Below, in pieces: positions 30,006 through 39,736 of a DNA stretch of 64,000 bases (positions are counted from its first letter, which is position 1; each line of letters begins with the position of its first letter). Source of the stretch: an uncultured Actinomycetes bacterium (GTDB taxonomy: Bacteria; Actinomycetota; Thermoleophilia; UBA2241); NCBI GenBank assembly GCA_963709345.1, contig CAVPVX010000001.1:288001-352000 (forward strand). Direction: 5' to 3'. Below the pieces are notes generated by a model that was given only the letters and a program-made list of their open reading frames with translations, was not told where the DNA came from and made no database searches. The position numbers were made by a program, and so were the translations under genes.

Positions 30006-31192
30006 GCGACGAGATCCAGAAGCAGGATGCACCGCCGGCTGCGCCGGACGTGCCCGCCACGGCCGGCGTGCCGTCGACCCCGGCAGCTCCGGTCGGCGAC
30101 CAGCCGGCCGTCGGCCCACTGAGCCCCACCGACCTGGCGCGCGTCGCCGAGATAAGCGCCGCCGTCGACGTGAGCGACTCGCAGTCCGTGCTCGCCTACG
30201 GTCTCCCCGCCCAGAGCCGCATCGCCAACTTCGCCGACTCGCTCCTCGGCGACGTGCGCAACAAGGACGCCGGCAGCGGCGGCGAGGCGCTCAACGATCT
30301 GCTCAAGAAGGTGCGTGAGCTCGACATCGACGCGCTCAGCGCCGGCACCGGCAAGGCGAAGATCCCGCTGCTCGGCCGTTTTGCCAACACCTTCGAACGG
30401 TTCGCGTCTCGCTACCAGAAGGTAGCGACCAGCATCGAGCGCATCGTCGACGCGCTCGAGCGCTCGCGCATGGCCCTGCTCAAGGACATGACCGTCCTCG
30501 ACAAGATGTACGAGCTCAACCTCGACTACCTCAAGCAACTCGACGTCTACATCGCCGCCGGCGAGCAGGCGCTCAGGGAGCTGCATGCCGTCAGGATCCC
30601 CGCGCTGGAGGCCGAGGTCGCGGCCAGCAAGGACGTCATGGCTGCGCAGCGCCTGGCCGACCTGCAGCAGGCGGCGACCCGCTTCGAGCGCCGCCTCCAC
30701 GACCTCAAGCTCACGCGCATGATCGCCATCCAGTCGGCGCCGCAGATCCGCCTCATCCAGAGCAACGACCAGAACCTCGTCGAGAAGATCCAGAGCTCGA
30801 TCCTCACGACGGTGCCGCTGTGGAAGAACCAGATCGTCATCGCGATCAGTCTGTACCGCCAGCAGAAGGCGGTGGAGCTGCAGAAGCAGGTCACCGACAC
30901 CACCAACGAGCTCCTGGCCAAGAATGCCGAGCTCCTCAAGGACGGCTCGGCCAAGGTCGGGCGCGAGGTGGAGCGCGGTGTCGTGGACGTCGAGACGCTG
31001 CGCAAGGTCAACGACGACCTGGTGGCGACCCTCGAGGAGACGATCCAGATCCAGGCGGAGGGTCGCGCCAAGCGTCTCGAGGCCGAGGGCGAGATCGGGC
31101 GCCTGCAGGTGGAGCTGCGGCAGAAGCTCATCGAACTCCGCTCCCAGGCGCCACAGATCGGCGCCGCCGATGAGACTCCGCGTCTGACGTAG
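30002..31192 (+). CDS. telA: Toxic anion resistance protein TelA
   Basis: YG..AQ.RIA.FAD, RLHDLKLTR, SAPQIRLIQ, KIQSSILTTVPLWKNQ, ERGVVDVETL. Confidence 0.93.
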   Translation: MSDEIQKQDAPPAAPDVPATAGVPSTPAAPVGDQPAVGPLSPTDLARVAEISAAVDVSDSQSVLAYGLPAQSRIANFADSLLGDVRNKDAGSGGEALNDLLKKVRELDIDALSAGTGKAKIPLLGRFANTFERFASRYQKVATSIERIVDALERSRMALLKDMTVLDKMYELNLDYLKQLDVYIAAGEQALRELHAVRIPALEAEVAASKDVMAAQRLADLQQAATRFERRLHDLKLTRMIAIQSAPQIRLIQSNDQNLVEKIQSSILTTVPLWKNQIVIAISLYRQQKAVELQKQVTDTTNELLAKNAELLKDGSAKVGREVERGVVDVETLRKVNDDLVATLEETIQIQAEGRAKRLEAEGEIGRLQVELRQKLIELRSQAPQIGAADETPRLT

Positions 31193-31249
31193 CGCCCGCG
31201 GGCCGGCCACGGCAAGGCGTGTGGCCGACGCCGGCCCTCTGGGCCGGCC

Positions 31250-31714
31250 CTACCAGCCGGTCGTCCCCGGCCCGCCCTTGAACGGCCCCTCGATGCTCGC
31301 CGTTATCCAGCCGCCGTAGAAGTCACCGGCCTGCACCCGGACCTGCTCGTCGTCGACGTAGGCGGCGTCGACGCGGCCTGGGTAGAAGGCGATGTGGTCG
31401 CGGAGCTCCCCGTAGCCCGACGCAGGCTGAGGGTAGTACCAACCCGCGTCGCGGACCTCGCGCTCCCCCACGACGAGGTCGTAGTAGCTCGCCTCACCCT
31501 TGAACTCACAGTGCGAGGTGCGCCGGCTCGGGCGCAGATGCTCGCCGCGCACGTCGTCCGGCGGGATGTAGTAGACGGGCGGGTGACTGGTCTCGAGGAC
31601 GCGGAGCGACCGCGTCGTGTCGGCGACGACGACGTCGCCCACCACGACGCGGATGTGCCGCGCACTAGCCTCCACCCGCGGTGGCCTGGGATAATCCCAT
31701 ACGGATTCCATCAC
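31250..31714 (-). CDS. DUF427 domain protein
   Basis: ESVWDYPRPP, LETSHPPVYYIP, CEFKG.ASY, FYGGWIT. Confidence 0.92.
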   Translation of the reverse strand: MMESVWDYPRPPRVEASARHIRVVVGDVVVADTTRSLRVLETSHPPVYYIPPDDVRGEHLRPSRRTSHCEFKGEASYYDLVVGEREVRDAGWYYPQPASGYGELRDHIAFYPGRVDAAYVDDEQVRVQAGDFYGGWITASIEGPFKGGPGTTGW

Positions 31715-31733
31715 GCCGCCTCCGGTGGCCAGG

Positions 31734-32218
31734 CTACCCGGCCGCCGGCGACACGATCACCTGTGACAGCCGCTCGAGATACCGGGCGATCACGCGCCGC
31801 TCCTCGGCAGGGAACTCGTCGGTCACCGCGATGACCTCGCCGGCCATGCCGTGCACCTGCGCGAAGATGCGGTCACGACCTTCCGTGGTGAGTCGCACGC
31901 CGACCCTGCGCCGGTCGGTGGGGTGGGGCTCACGGGCGATGAACCCGCGCGCCGCGAGCCTGTCGAGCATGGCGGTCATGGCGCCGGTCGTCATATGCAG
32001 GCGGTGAGTGAGCTCCGTGGGCCCCAGCGGGCCATGCAGCGACAGGTGCGCGAGCGCCAGGAGCTCGCCTCCCGAGACACCCAGACGATCGCACGTCTCC
32101 AGTTCCATCTGCGACATCAGCACGTCGAGTCGGCGCACGGCCATGGCGATGTCCTTCGCCGAGTACCGGCAGCTCGTTCCTCGTCAGGAGCTGCTTCTTC
32201 ACCAATGAGTCCCTTCAT
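31734..32218 (-). CDS. MarR family regulator (probable frameshift near 32165)
   Basis: ELTHRLHMTTGAMTAMLDRL, HPTDRRRVGVRLT; upstream ATG 32218 is out of frame by one base. Confidence 0.8.
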
Positions 32219-32317
32219 GATTGAGATACTTCACATGGGGTAATTATACCGCGTCACAGCGTCTCTGTCATCGGCTCTGACGCACAGCAACGACAGCACT
32301 CGAAAGGGAGTACCAGA

Positions 32318-32949
32318 ATGAAAGCCTCAGTTCTACCGATACGACGGCCGGCAAGCATCGGCCTTCTCGCACTGGCGCTGGTCCTGGCTATCAGCCTCTT
32401 CGTTCTCGTGGCCGCTCCGCAGGCCGACGCGGCGAAGCTCCGCCTCGACGGAATGCGCACGACACTCATAACGGATCCCGGAACCACAGGCGTTCTGTTC
32501 GGCGCAGGAATCATCCCGCTCCCCGTCGCGCCCACCGCTGTGGCTCCCAAGGACGACTCCGCCCGCTACCGCTTCCCCATTACCACCGGCAGGGTCGACG
32601 CCAAGACGACGGCCGGGTACATCAAGCACTCCGGCGGACTCCTGCTCGCCAGGTACAATGCCGGCTGGACCGCGCTGAAGCTGACCGACTTCCGCATCAA
32701 CGTCACCGGTACGCCGAACCTCTCGGCGGTCGTGAATGGTGGCGCCGCGTGGTCATCGCCGATCTCGACCTCGGCAAGGCTGAGATCAAGACCTACACCA
32801 AGAAGCATCGCACCTATCGCACCGTGAAGAACGTCGGCGTCACTCTCAACGCCACGGCGATGGGCGCCATCAACGGCACCTTCGGCACCGCCCTGCCCGA
32901 CAACGTCTTGCTCGGCACGGCGAATGTCTGGGCCCGGGTCGCTCGCTGA
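32318..32949 (+). CDS. Secreted beta-rich (HtaA-like) protein, frameshifted near 32746
   Basis: Signal peptide, FPITTG..HSGGL..LTDF..VNGG; continues as VVIADLDL in the next frame; one extra C in GGCGCCGC restores the frame. Confidence 0.65.
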
Positions 32950-32983
32950 CCTCGGTGAAAGCCGCAAGACAGGATTGGTGACT

Positions 32984-33022
32984 GGAGAGGGGCGGGGGCC
33001 GGAAGGGCCTCCCGCCCCCTCC
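32984..33022 (+). terminator. Hairpin terminator
   Basis: GGAGAGGGGCGGGGGCC...GGCCTCCCGCCCCCTCC. Confidence 0.6.
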
Positions 33023-33186
33023 GTTGGCACGGTCGTTCGAGCAGCGCCGAGAGACTGGAGGCGATGCGGGGCCGCGAGACGACGCAGAATCCGGTCTCCT
33101 CTGCCGCCTCCGGCGTTCGCACGAAGCCGGACTCGACCCCGTGCCGATTCCCAGCCGACAGCCCCGGCCCAAGCGCCCTGGGCGCC

Positions 33187-33375
33187 TCATAGCTCCGTGA
33201 GGCAGAGCCTCCAGAAGGCCCTCCACCGATCCGCACCGGCACTGCCGAGCAGCCTGCCGTGCTCGACTCCGACCACTGATGCCTCGCCACCCCGCTTGGC
33301 CGTGACGGATTCGGTCACCTTGGAGCCGTCGACCAGTCGAGCACGCCAGTACCTCCACTTCTCGGCACGGCTCAT
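33187..33375 (-). pseudogene. Possible degenerate IS66 TnpA-like fragment
   Basis: MSRAEKWRYWRARL start resembles IS66 accessory proteins; rest poorly conserved; no inverted repeats seen. Confidence 0.2.
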
Positions 33376-33454
33376 GCCCGGCTCTTCCTCAAGCGGCACG
33401 CCGGCGGGCGCGGGCAGCCCGGATCGCCGGCGGCCGTACGAGTCAGCTCCCGGG

Positions 33455-34015
33455 CTACCCCCCGGAACCGTTCGCGGGCCACCGCCGCGACTCGTCCGCC
33501 AGCACTCGCCGGAGTTCGGCGAAGAAGCGCTCCCTGGCGCGCTCCGTGCGCACCGCTTCACCGGCGGACAGAGACATCTGATCCTTGAAGCGGTGCGCTT
33601 CCGGCTCGACCTGCAGAACGTACGAGTTCACCCACTGATCCCAGAACCAGTCGGCCGACCCGAGCTGCAGGTACGCCGGGTCCGCCGAAGATATCCGCGA
33701 CAGCCTGTCGAGGAACGCCCGTCCGCGATCGCTGTTCTCGATGCAGAAGGCGATGTAGGCGATTCGATACCGCACCGAGCCCGCGTGTCCATCGGGAATC
33801 GCAGCCACACTGTGCTCGTCCTGCCCCGGCGAAGTCAAGAAGTGACCGTAGCAGGCCTGCAGGGTGAAGCAGTGAGGCAAAGCCGCGAACGCCTGGACGA
33901 CGTCGACGATCGGGCCGTCGAGGTCGCTCTGATCCGAGTCGCCCAGGACCGCCCGCCGTTCTTCGACGTATCCGTTGGTCGCCACCAGCTGCCTGGGCTC
34001 GGTGAAGGTCTCCAA
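33455..34015 (-). CDS. Hypothetical protein with TYW3-like N-terminal motif
   Basis: DGPIVDVV..F..LPHCFTLQACYGHF. Confidence 0.65.
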   Translation of the reverse strand: METFTEPRQLVATNGYVEERRAVLGDSDQSDLDGPIVDVVQAFAALPHCFTLQACYGHFLTSPGQDEHSVAAIPDGHAGSVRYRIAYIAFCIENSDRGRAFLDRLSRISSADPAYLQLGSADWFWDQWVNSYVLQVEPEAHRFKDQMSLSAGEAVRTERARERFFAELRRVLADESRRWPANGSGG

Positions 34016-34333
34016 GGATCCTGTGCCCTCTCAGCGTTGCGTCGGCGGCTGCGCGTCGCGGTGCCGGACAAGACCGGCGGGGGGAGGGGCGCTCGACACA
34101 TGCGTCTGCAGAACGCCGGCCCTGGTGTCAGCGTCCGGAGGCCAGCCCGATCCGGCATCCGTCGCCGGCCTTGGTCGTCTTGTCCTCCGGGTCATGACAG
34201 ACATGCCGCACACACTACCGCATCAAGAGCTCGGGTTGCGCCCGGTGGCAGGCCGACGAGCGTGCTTGCCCGGCGCAACGGCACTTGCGCATGGAGAGGC
34301 GCACTCCACGGAGACGCTCGCGGGCAGCGGGAT

Positions 34334-34915
34334 CTACGATTTCGCCGCGACCACCGTCAGATGGTAGGGCAGCTCCGATCCGGACTCACGGGCCTCGATC
34401 TCATGGAGGCCCATCGCCGCGACCAGATGGCGAACAGCCGTCAGACCGAGCACATGGTCTACGGGCGGCCCGACGGGTCGTTCACGGTCGTCCCAGTCGA
34501 GCACGATGAAGAGGCCGCCGGGACGCAGCAACCGCACGACCTCGGCAAGAGCCTCCGGCTGATCGTGCAGGTGATGCAGGACGTCGACCATGAGGACCCT
34601 GTCGGCCGCGCCGTCGGCCGCGTCCACGGAATTCGAATCCGTCTCCACGATCCTCACCCTTGCGGCAAGATCCGGCGTCAGCCTCTTGCGCAGCACGTCT
34701 GAGAGCTCGGGGAGCGCCTCGACGGCGATCACGCGGCCCTGCGGCAGAGCCGCCGCGACGGCTGAGGTGTACACACCCGTGCCAGCGCCGTAGTCGACAA
34801 CGGTCTCGTCGCCCATGAGCCGAAGCAACGAGACCACGGCCGACGGGGGCAGAGCCTCGAGCCTCGCCGGGTCCGAGAGCCTGCCACCGTGCTTCGGGTC
34901 GAACGCGTCCGCCAT
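34334..34915 (-). CDS. Class I SAM-dependent methyltransferase
   Basis: VVDYGAGTG, VLHHL, LRPGG, DW.....GPP. Confidence 0.9.
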   Translation of the reverse strand: MADAFDPKHGGRLSDPARLEALPPSAVVSLLRLMGDETVVDYGAGTGVYTSAVAAALPQGRVIAVEALPELSDVLRKRLTPDLAARVRIVETDSNSVDAADGAADRVLMVDVLHHLHDQPEALAEVVRLLRPGGLFIVLDWDDRERPVGPPVDHVLGLTAVRHLVAAMGLHEIEARESGSELPYHLTVVAAKS

Positions 34916-35325
34916 CAGGCGTCCGCCACGGCCGTGGCGACGGTCGTGATGTCGAACTCCGGTGGCTGATGCAGGTGCTTCTTGACGGCACAGAGGTTCA
35001 TCGCGTTGATCACGGCGGAGCGATACTTCTCCGGGAATCCGGCGGGCAATTCCAACTCGAGGTCGATCCTGTCGATGAGGCCGGCTGCCGGATCGAAATG
35101 CTGGCGCATCGTGATCTTCGAGCCCTCCGGGTCGATGCCGCGCTGCTGCATGAAGCCCAGCGCGTAGATTCCCGCACACGTCCCGATGGAGGCCAGGAAC
35201 AGGTCGAACGGGGCGGGTGCGGATTCGTCGCCTCCTCCGCGCTCCGGCTGGTCGGTCGCGATGGTGAATCCGTTGTAGTCGGCATAGACGCGCTTGCCGC
35301 CCGGGAAGTAGATCTGCATGTCCAT
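34915..35325 (-). CDS. OsmC family protein
   Basis: TDQP..GGG..SAPAPFDLFLASIGTCAG, LCAVKKHL. Confidence 0.92.
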   Translation of the reverse strand: MDMQIYFPGGKRVYADYNGFTIATDQPERGGGDESAPAPFDLFLASIGTCAGIYALGFMQQRGIDPEGSKITMRQHFDPAAGLIDRIDLELELPAGFPEKYRSAVINAMNLCAVKKHLHQPPEFDITTVATAVADA

Positions 35326-35382
35326 GGTCGGTCCCTTTCCTGCGCACACGCTCGGTCTCTCACTACGGTCGTCACTTGAAGT

Positions 35383-35414
35383 TTGCCATGTTGCGAAATT
35401 TCGAAACTTGGCAA
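35383..35414. promoter_or_regulatory. Imperfect 32-bp palindrome, probable ArsR operator
   Basis: TTGCCATGTTGCGAAA|TTTCGAAACTTGGCAA, AT-rich, between divergent osmC and arsR. Confidence 0.65.
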
Positions 35415-35424
35415 TACTGCACTC

Positions 35425-35772
35425 ATGACTGCTCGCCACACGCCTGTCGACCGCCAACGCTGCGCCATCCACGCCGCAGTGTTCTCTGCGCTCGCGAATC
35501 CCACGCGTCACGAACTCATGCACCACCTCTGCGAGGCGCCCCGGACGCCGAGCGATCTGGCCAGACTCCTGGAGGTGAGCCGACCCAATGTCTCGCAGCA
35601 TCTCGCCGTACTGCAGCATGTCGGCCTTGTGACGCGCACGCGCGAGGGCGGGCACGTGCTCTGGCACGTCATCGACCCGCGCCTCTCGGAGGCGTGCACC
35701 CTCATCGACGAGATCCTCGGCCACGAACTCGCGCTTCGCGCCCACGCCCTCGAGCCCTCTTCGACCAGATAA
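35425..35772 (+). CDS. ArsR/SmtB family regulator
   Basis: FSALANPTR, VSRPNVSQHLAVL, GLVTRTREG. Confidence 0.93.
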   Translation: MTARHTPVDRQRCAIHAAVFSALANPTRHELMHHLCEAPRTPSDLARLLEVSRPNVSQHLAVLQHVGLVTRTREGGHVLWHVIDPRLSEACTLIDEILGHELALRAHALEPSSTR

Positions 35773-35790
35773 CCGTCCCGGAGACCCAGC

Positions 35791-35988
35791 ATGATCACCG
35801 TCAACGAGTACGCCTGCCCCAAGAACCATCCGTGCCCTGCAGTGCGCTACTGCCCTGAGGGCGCCATCACCCAAGACGACATCCACTCGGCGCCACACGT
35901 CGATCACGACCTCTGCACGGACTGCGGCGCCTGCACCAGCGTCTGCCGCGTGTTCGGGCAGGTGCCGGACGCGGTCGGGGTGCGCTGA
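35791..35988 (+). CDS. Small 4Fe-4S ferredoxin-like protein
   Basis: CPKNHPCPAVRYCP and CTDCGACTSVC. Confidence 0.88.
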   Translation: MITVNEYACPKNHPCPAVRYCPEGAITQDDIHSAPHVDHDLCTDCGACTSVCRVFGQVPDAVGVR

Positions 35989-36197
35989 TGGCCCATATCG
36001 ATCTCGTCTGCCGCGACTGCGGCCACCGCTTTGAGGTAGTGACGCGCATCGCGATCCGCGAGAAGCAGAAGCACTGCCCCGAATGCCGCTCGCAGAATGT
36101 GCGGCAGACGATGGCCGGCTTCTTCAGGAACGGCCCGCTGTCAGACCCGTCGTGCGGCGCCCCTCAGCGCAGCAGCGGGTACGGCTGAGGCTGCTGA
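35988..36197 (+). CDS. FmdB family zinc-ribbon probable selenoprotein
   Basis: CRDCGHRFE...CPEC; ends SSGYG-TGA(36186-36188)-GGC-TGC-TGA. Confidence 0.8.
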
Positions 36198-36200
36198 CCC

Positions 36201-36218
36201 GCGGCGCGGTCGCGCCGC
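36201..36218 (+). promoter_or_regulatory. SECIS-like hairpin
   Basis: GCGGCGC-GGTC-GCGCCGC; stem 12 nt after the UGA; GGUC loop. Confidence 0.65.
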
Positions 36219-36269
36219 AACGCAGAAGCCCGGATGGTCCAGAGACCCTCCGCTCCCGGGCCGTGAGGT

Positions 36270-36395
36270 GCGCGGTCGACGCCGGGACAGAGTGCCCAGA
36301 AGCACCTCCCGCATAGCGTCGAGACCCTCGATCACGCGTTCGTCGGCGAGGGAAAGTCGAATCGTGACGGCCCCAGCGCACGCGACAGACCAGCG
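36270..36395 (-). pseudogene. C-terminal remnant of an ArsR-like regulator
   Basis: LVCRVRWG/VTIRLSLADERVIEGLDAMREVLL resembles the ArsR wing and last helix. Confidence 0.3.
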
Positions 36396-36413
36396 ACCAG
36401 CGACCAGCGACCA
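36388..36413 (+). repeat. Heptamer tandem repeat (GACCAGC)x3.7
   Basis: GACCAGC GACCAGC GACCAGC GACCA. Confidence 0.8.
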
Positions 36414-37568
36414 CTACAGGCTATTCGTCACGTACTCGGATTCACATGGTTGCCCGCAGGCGATGTGGGCGAGGCCCTCAGCCGGCTCCCACACCATGCT
36501 GACCGTGGTCACGCTTTGACCCTGGTCCGGGTCATCGTCGTCCCAGTGAGAACAGATGCTGAACGGCGCGTCGGCGTGGTCGCTGAGCACAGCCTTCCCG
36601 AGCTCGACGAGATCGGCGCCGGCTGCGACACCGGCCGCGAGCAGTTCGGTGGCGCGAGCACGGCGAAGCGGCGAACCCTCTGACCCGGTGGCGTCACCCA
36701 GCGCCAGCTCCGGCGACACGTAGTGATTCGTGTGCGCGAAGAGCTCGCCGCCGTCGATGAACACCCAGCGCTCCCCGGTCGTCTCCAGGTCCCACACACG
36801 TCCGCCCGCGTCGCACAGAAGGTGGTTCGAGCCTCGCGCTCTCGGCGACCCCGCGATCAGGTCGCGGGCGCGCTCCAGGTCGGGCTGCTCGAGCACGGCG
36901 GCGAGCAGGCAGTTGTTCGGTACGCCGACACGCTCGTCTCTGTAGTACACGGTGTTGGCGGCTGAAGCCAGGCCGTGCAGGCTGACGCCGGTGATCGGCA
37001 GGCTGTAGGCGGCGCCCACGCTGAGGTACGAAGCCGCGCCGCCCGGCACGCCGGACCCCACGACGCGGACCTTGCGGACCACGAGGCCCTCGACGTCTTC
37101 GGGGTACCAATCCTCGTTGTGACCGGAGACGACGCGCCCGCCGACGACGACGGCGAACGAAGTGCAGTGATCGGGTGACGGACGGATGCGACCGTCGCGC
37201 CTGGCTTCTGGGACGCCCGCGCCCGACCCACCGCCGGCTGCGCCGCCTTTCTCCGGCCAGACCCGGTCGGCCGCGCAGGTGAACTCCTCGCTGCAGTTGA
37301 GGGCGAACAGGTGCTGAAAGGGAGCGTTCGCGCCCTCCGCAAGGCCGCGGATCTGGTCGACGGCCTGCGGGACGTAGTTCCTCGCAGGCCGCAGATACGC
37401 CCGCGAGCGATCGGCCGCTTCCGCGAAGCCGAAACCAGCGTACAGGGGCAGGCGCTCCTCATAGGCGGCGAGGCCCTGCGCGACGAGGTCGCGCGCCGCC
37501 TCGCCGATCTGCCGCCCCACCTCACGGTGCGTGCCCGAAGCTTCGATGACTGGAGGACGATGGCTCAT
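36414..37568 (-). CDS. Peptidase C45 family (Ntn hydrolase)
   Basis: HCTSF cleavage site, GHNEDW, AHTNHY. Confidence 0.9.
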   Translation of the reverse strand: MSHRPPVIEASGTHREVGRQIGEAARDLVAQGLAAYEERLPLYAGFGFAEAADRSRAYLRPARNYVPQAVDQIRGLAEGANAPFQHLFALNCSEEFTCAADRVWPEKGGAAGGGSGAGVPEARRDGRIRPSPDHCTSFAVVVGGRVVSGHNEDWYPEDVEGLVVRKVRVVGSGVPGGAASYLSVGAAYSLPITGVSLHGLASAANTVYYRDERVGVPNNCLLAAVLEQPDLERARDLIAGSPRARGSNHLLCDAGGRVWDLETTGERWVFIDGGELFAHTNHYVSPELALGDATGSEGSPLRRARATELLAAGVAAGADLVELGKAVLSDHADAPFSICSHWDDDDPDQGQSVTTVSMVWEPAEGLAHIACGQPCESEYVTNSL

Positions 37569-37741
37569 GGTCCGGCCATCCTTACATGCCCGCAGTGTCC
37601 TTGCACAGGTCGGTCCGGCTCGAGTCTCGGCACCGGGGACACGATGTTCGACGATCGGCGACCAGTCTCCCCGGGTAGTGCCGCTTGTCAGGTGTTCGGC
37701 GACGGCGATTCGGACTCGGAGCAGCGGGGAATCTCGGTGCC

Positions 37742-39646
37742 ATGGACGGAGACCGTGGATTTCGCTTCTCGCCGCGCCCCAACAGAGCCGCCGAGATCAA
37801 ATGGAGACCGTGGGGCGAGCCCGCCTTCGCGGAGGCTCGCCGTCTCGGGCGCCCCGTGCTTCTCTCGCTCTCGGCCGTCTGGTGTCACTGGTGCCACGTC
37901 ATGGACGAGACGAGCTACTCCGACCCGCGAGTGATCGCCGCGATCAACGAGCGCTTCGTTCCTATCCGCGTTGACAACGACCGCCATCCCGACGTGAACC
38001 GCCGGTACAACATGGGCGGCTGGCCGACCACCGTGTTCCTTGCCGCCAGCGGCGACGTCCTCACCGGCGGCACGTACCTGCCCCCCGACCAGATGCTCGA
38101 GAGCCTGGCCCGCGTCAAGGAGTTCTTCGATGCCAATCAGACGGCCGTCCTGGCGCTCGAGGCCACGAGACGGGCCCACGTCGCCGACACCGCCGCAGCG
38201 TCGAGGCAGATGGGCGGCCTCCCGCTCAGTCACGAGAAGGCCCTCGGCGCGTTCGGCGGCGACCCCGACGTACCGGGCGACATCTGCGCCGAGGTCGCCC
38301 TGCAGATCGTACGCGGCTTCGACCCCGTGCACGGAGGCCTGGGCGCCGACCCCAAGTTCCCGCAGCCGGACGTCTTCGGCTTCGCGCTCGCGTACGGCAT
38401 CCTCCGCGGCGACGACCCCGAGCATGTGGCGCGGGGCAGTAGCGCGCTACTGCGCCCCTCACGCGTGCACGAGGTCGTGCGGGTGACCCTGACCTCCATG
38501 GCCGCGGGCGGCGTATACGACCACGTTGCCGGCGGGTTCTACCGGTACTCCACCCAGCGTGACTGGGGCGTGCCACACTACGAGAAGATGCTGGAGGACA
38601 ACGCCCGGCTCGCGCACCTCTACGCCGACGCCGCACTCGCGGCCCGCGGCAACGACCTCGGTGATGAGGCCCTCTACCGGCGCACCGTCGAAGAGGTCGT
38701 GGACTACCTGCTTGCGGCCCTGTGGCGCGGAGACGTGCCGGCGTTCGCCGGCAGCCAGGACGCCGACGAAGAATACTACCTGCTCAGCACCGACGGCCGC
38801 GCGGCGCTGCCGGATCCCTTCGTCGACCCGACCGTGTACGTGGACTGGAACGCGCTCGCCGCCCGGGCGCTGCTCCGGGCGGCCCCCATTCTCGAGCGTC
38901 CGGAACTGGTCGATCGCGCCCTGGAGTTGCTCGAGTATCTGCTGGCGACGGCGCGGCGCGGTGATGCCATGGCCCACTTCCTGCTGCCCGACGGCACGGC
39001 GGGTGACGGCGCCCCGCTCCTGACCGACCAGGTCGGCGTAGCGGCCGCGCTCCTCGACGCGTACGAGGTGACTGCCGAGCGACGCTGGCTGCAGCGCGCG
39101 CAGGCCCTCGCCGGCTGGGCCGGCGAGCATCTGCGCGCGCCCGACGGCCGTCTGCACGACCGTCTGGCAACGCCGGGCGAGAGCGCCGGCCTCTTGGCCA
39201 CCCCCGTCCCGGCGATCGACGAGAACGGCTTGGCGGCGGAGGTGTTCCTGCGTCTCGAGGCCTACACAGCCGAGGCGCGCCATCGCGAGAGCGCCCTCGA
39301 GATCCTCGCCGCCTGGGCGACGCACTACGAGCACCACGGCGTGGCCGCGGCGCCGTACGCACAGGCGCTCCTCCGTTACCTGGAGCGTCCCGACCACATC
39401 GTCGTGGTCGGGGGACGCGACGACCCTCGAGCCCAGCGTCTACACACAGCCGCGCTCACCTCACCGCGTCCGTTGCGCACGGTACAGTGGCTCGACCCCG
39501 CCGACGCGGCGGACGCAAGGCGTGCCCGCAGCGCCGGCCTGCTCCCCGCGGCGGATGGGGAGCCCGGCGCCGATGAAGCCGCGGGCCCGCCCGAGATCGC
39601 TGCGTACGTCTGTCGCGGCACGGCCTGCTCTCGGTTCGAAGCGTGA
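37742..39646 (+). CDS. Thioredoxin-domain protein (YyaL/SPATA20 family)
   Basis: WCHWCHVMD, GGWPTT, GGFYRYS, PHYEKMLEDNA, AYVCRG. Confidence 0.92.
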   Translation: MDGDRGFRFSPRPNRAAEIKWRPWGEPAFAEARRLGRPVLLSLSAVWCHWCHVMDETSYSDPRVIAAINERFVPIRVDNDRHPDVNRRYNMGGWPTTVFLAASGDVLTGGTYLPPDQMLESLARVKEFFDANQTAVLALEATRRAHVADTAAASRQMGGLPLSHEKALGAFGGDPDVPGDICAEVALQIVRGFDPVHGGLGADPKFPQPDVFGFALAYGILRGDDPEHVARGSSALLRPSRVHEVVRVTLTSMAAGGVYDHVAGGFYRYSTQRDWGVPHYEKMLEDNARLAHLYADAALAARGNDLGDEALYRRTVEEVVDYLLAALWRGDVPAFAGSQDADEEYYLLSTDGRAALPDPFVDPTVYVDWNALAARALLRAAPILERPELVDRALELLEYLLATARRGDAMAHFLLPDGTAGDGAPLLTDQVGVAAALLDAYEVTAERRWLQRAQALAGWAGEHLRAPDGRLHDRLATPGESAGLLATPVPAIDENGLAAEVFLRLEAYTAEARHRESALEILAAWATHYEHHGVAAAPYAQALLRYLERPDHIVVVGGRDDPRAQRLHTAALTSPRPLRTVQWLDPADAADARRARSAGLLPAADGEPGADEAAGPPEIAAYVCRGTACSRFEA

Positions 39647-39736
39647 AGCGGTCCCGGCGGACGCTCGGCCCTTGAGCGCTCGCCGTTTTGCGATGAACCG
39701 GCTCATGATGATGCAGACGACCGTCACGGAGGCCCG

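Noticed and set aside
36388-36413. Tandem repeat as CRISPR or functional array
   Set aside because: Only 3.7 copies of a 7-mer, no spacers, no cas genes
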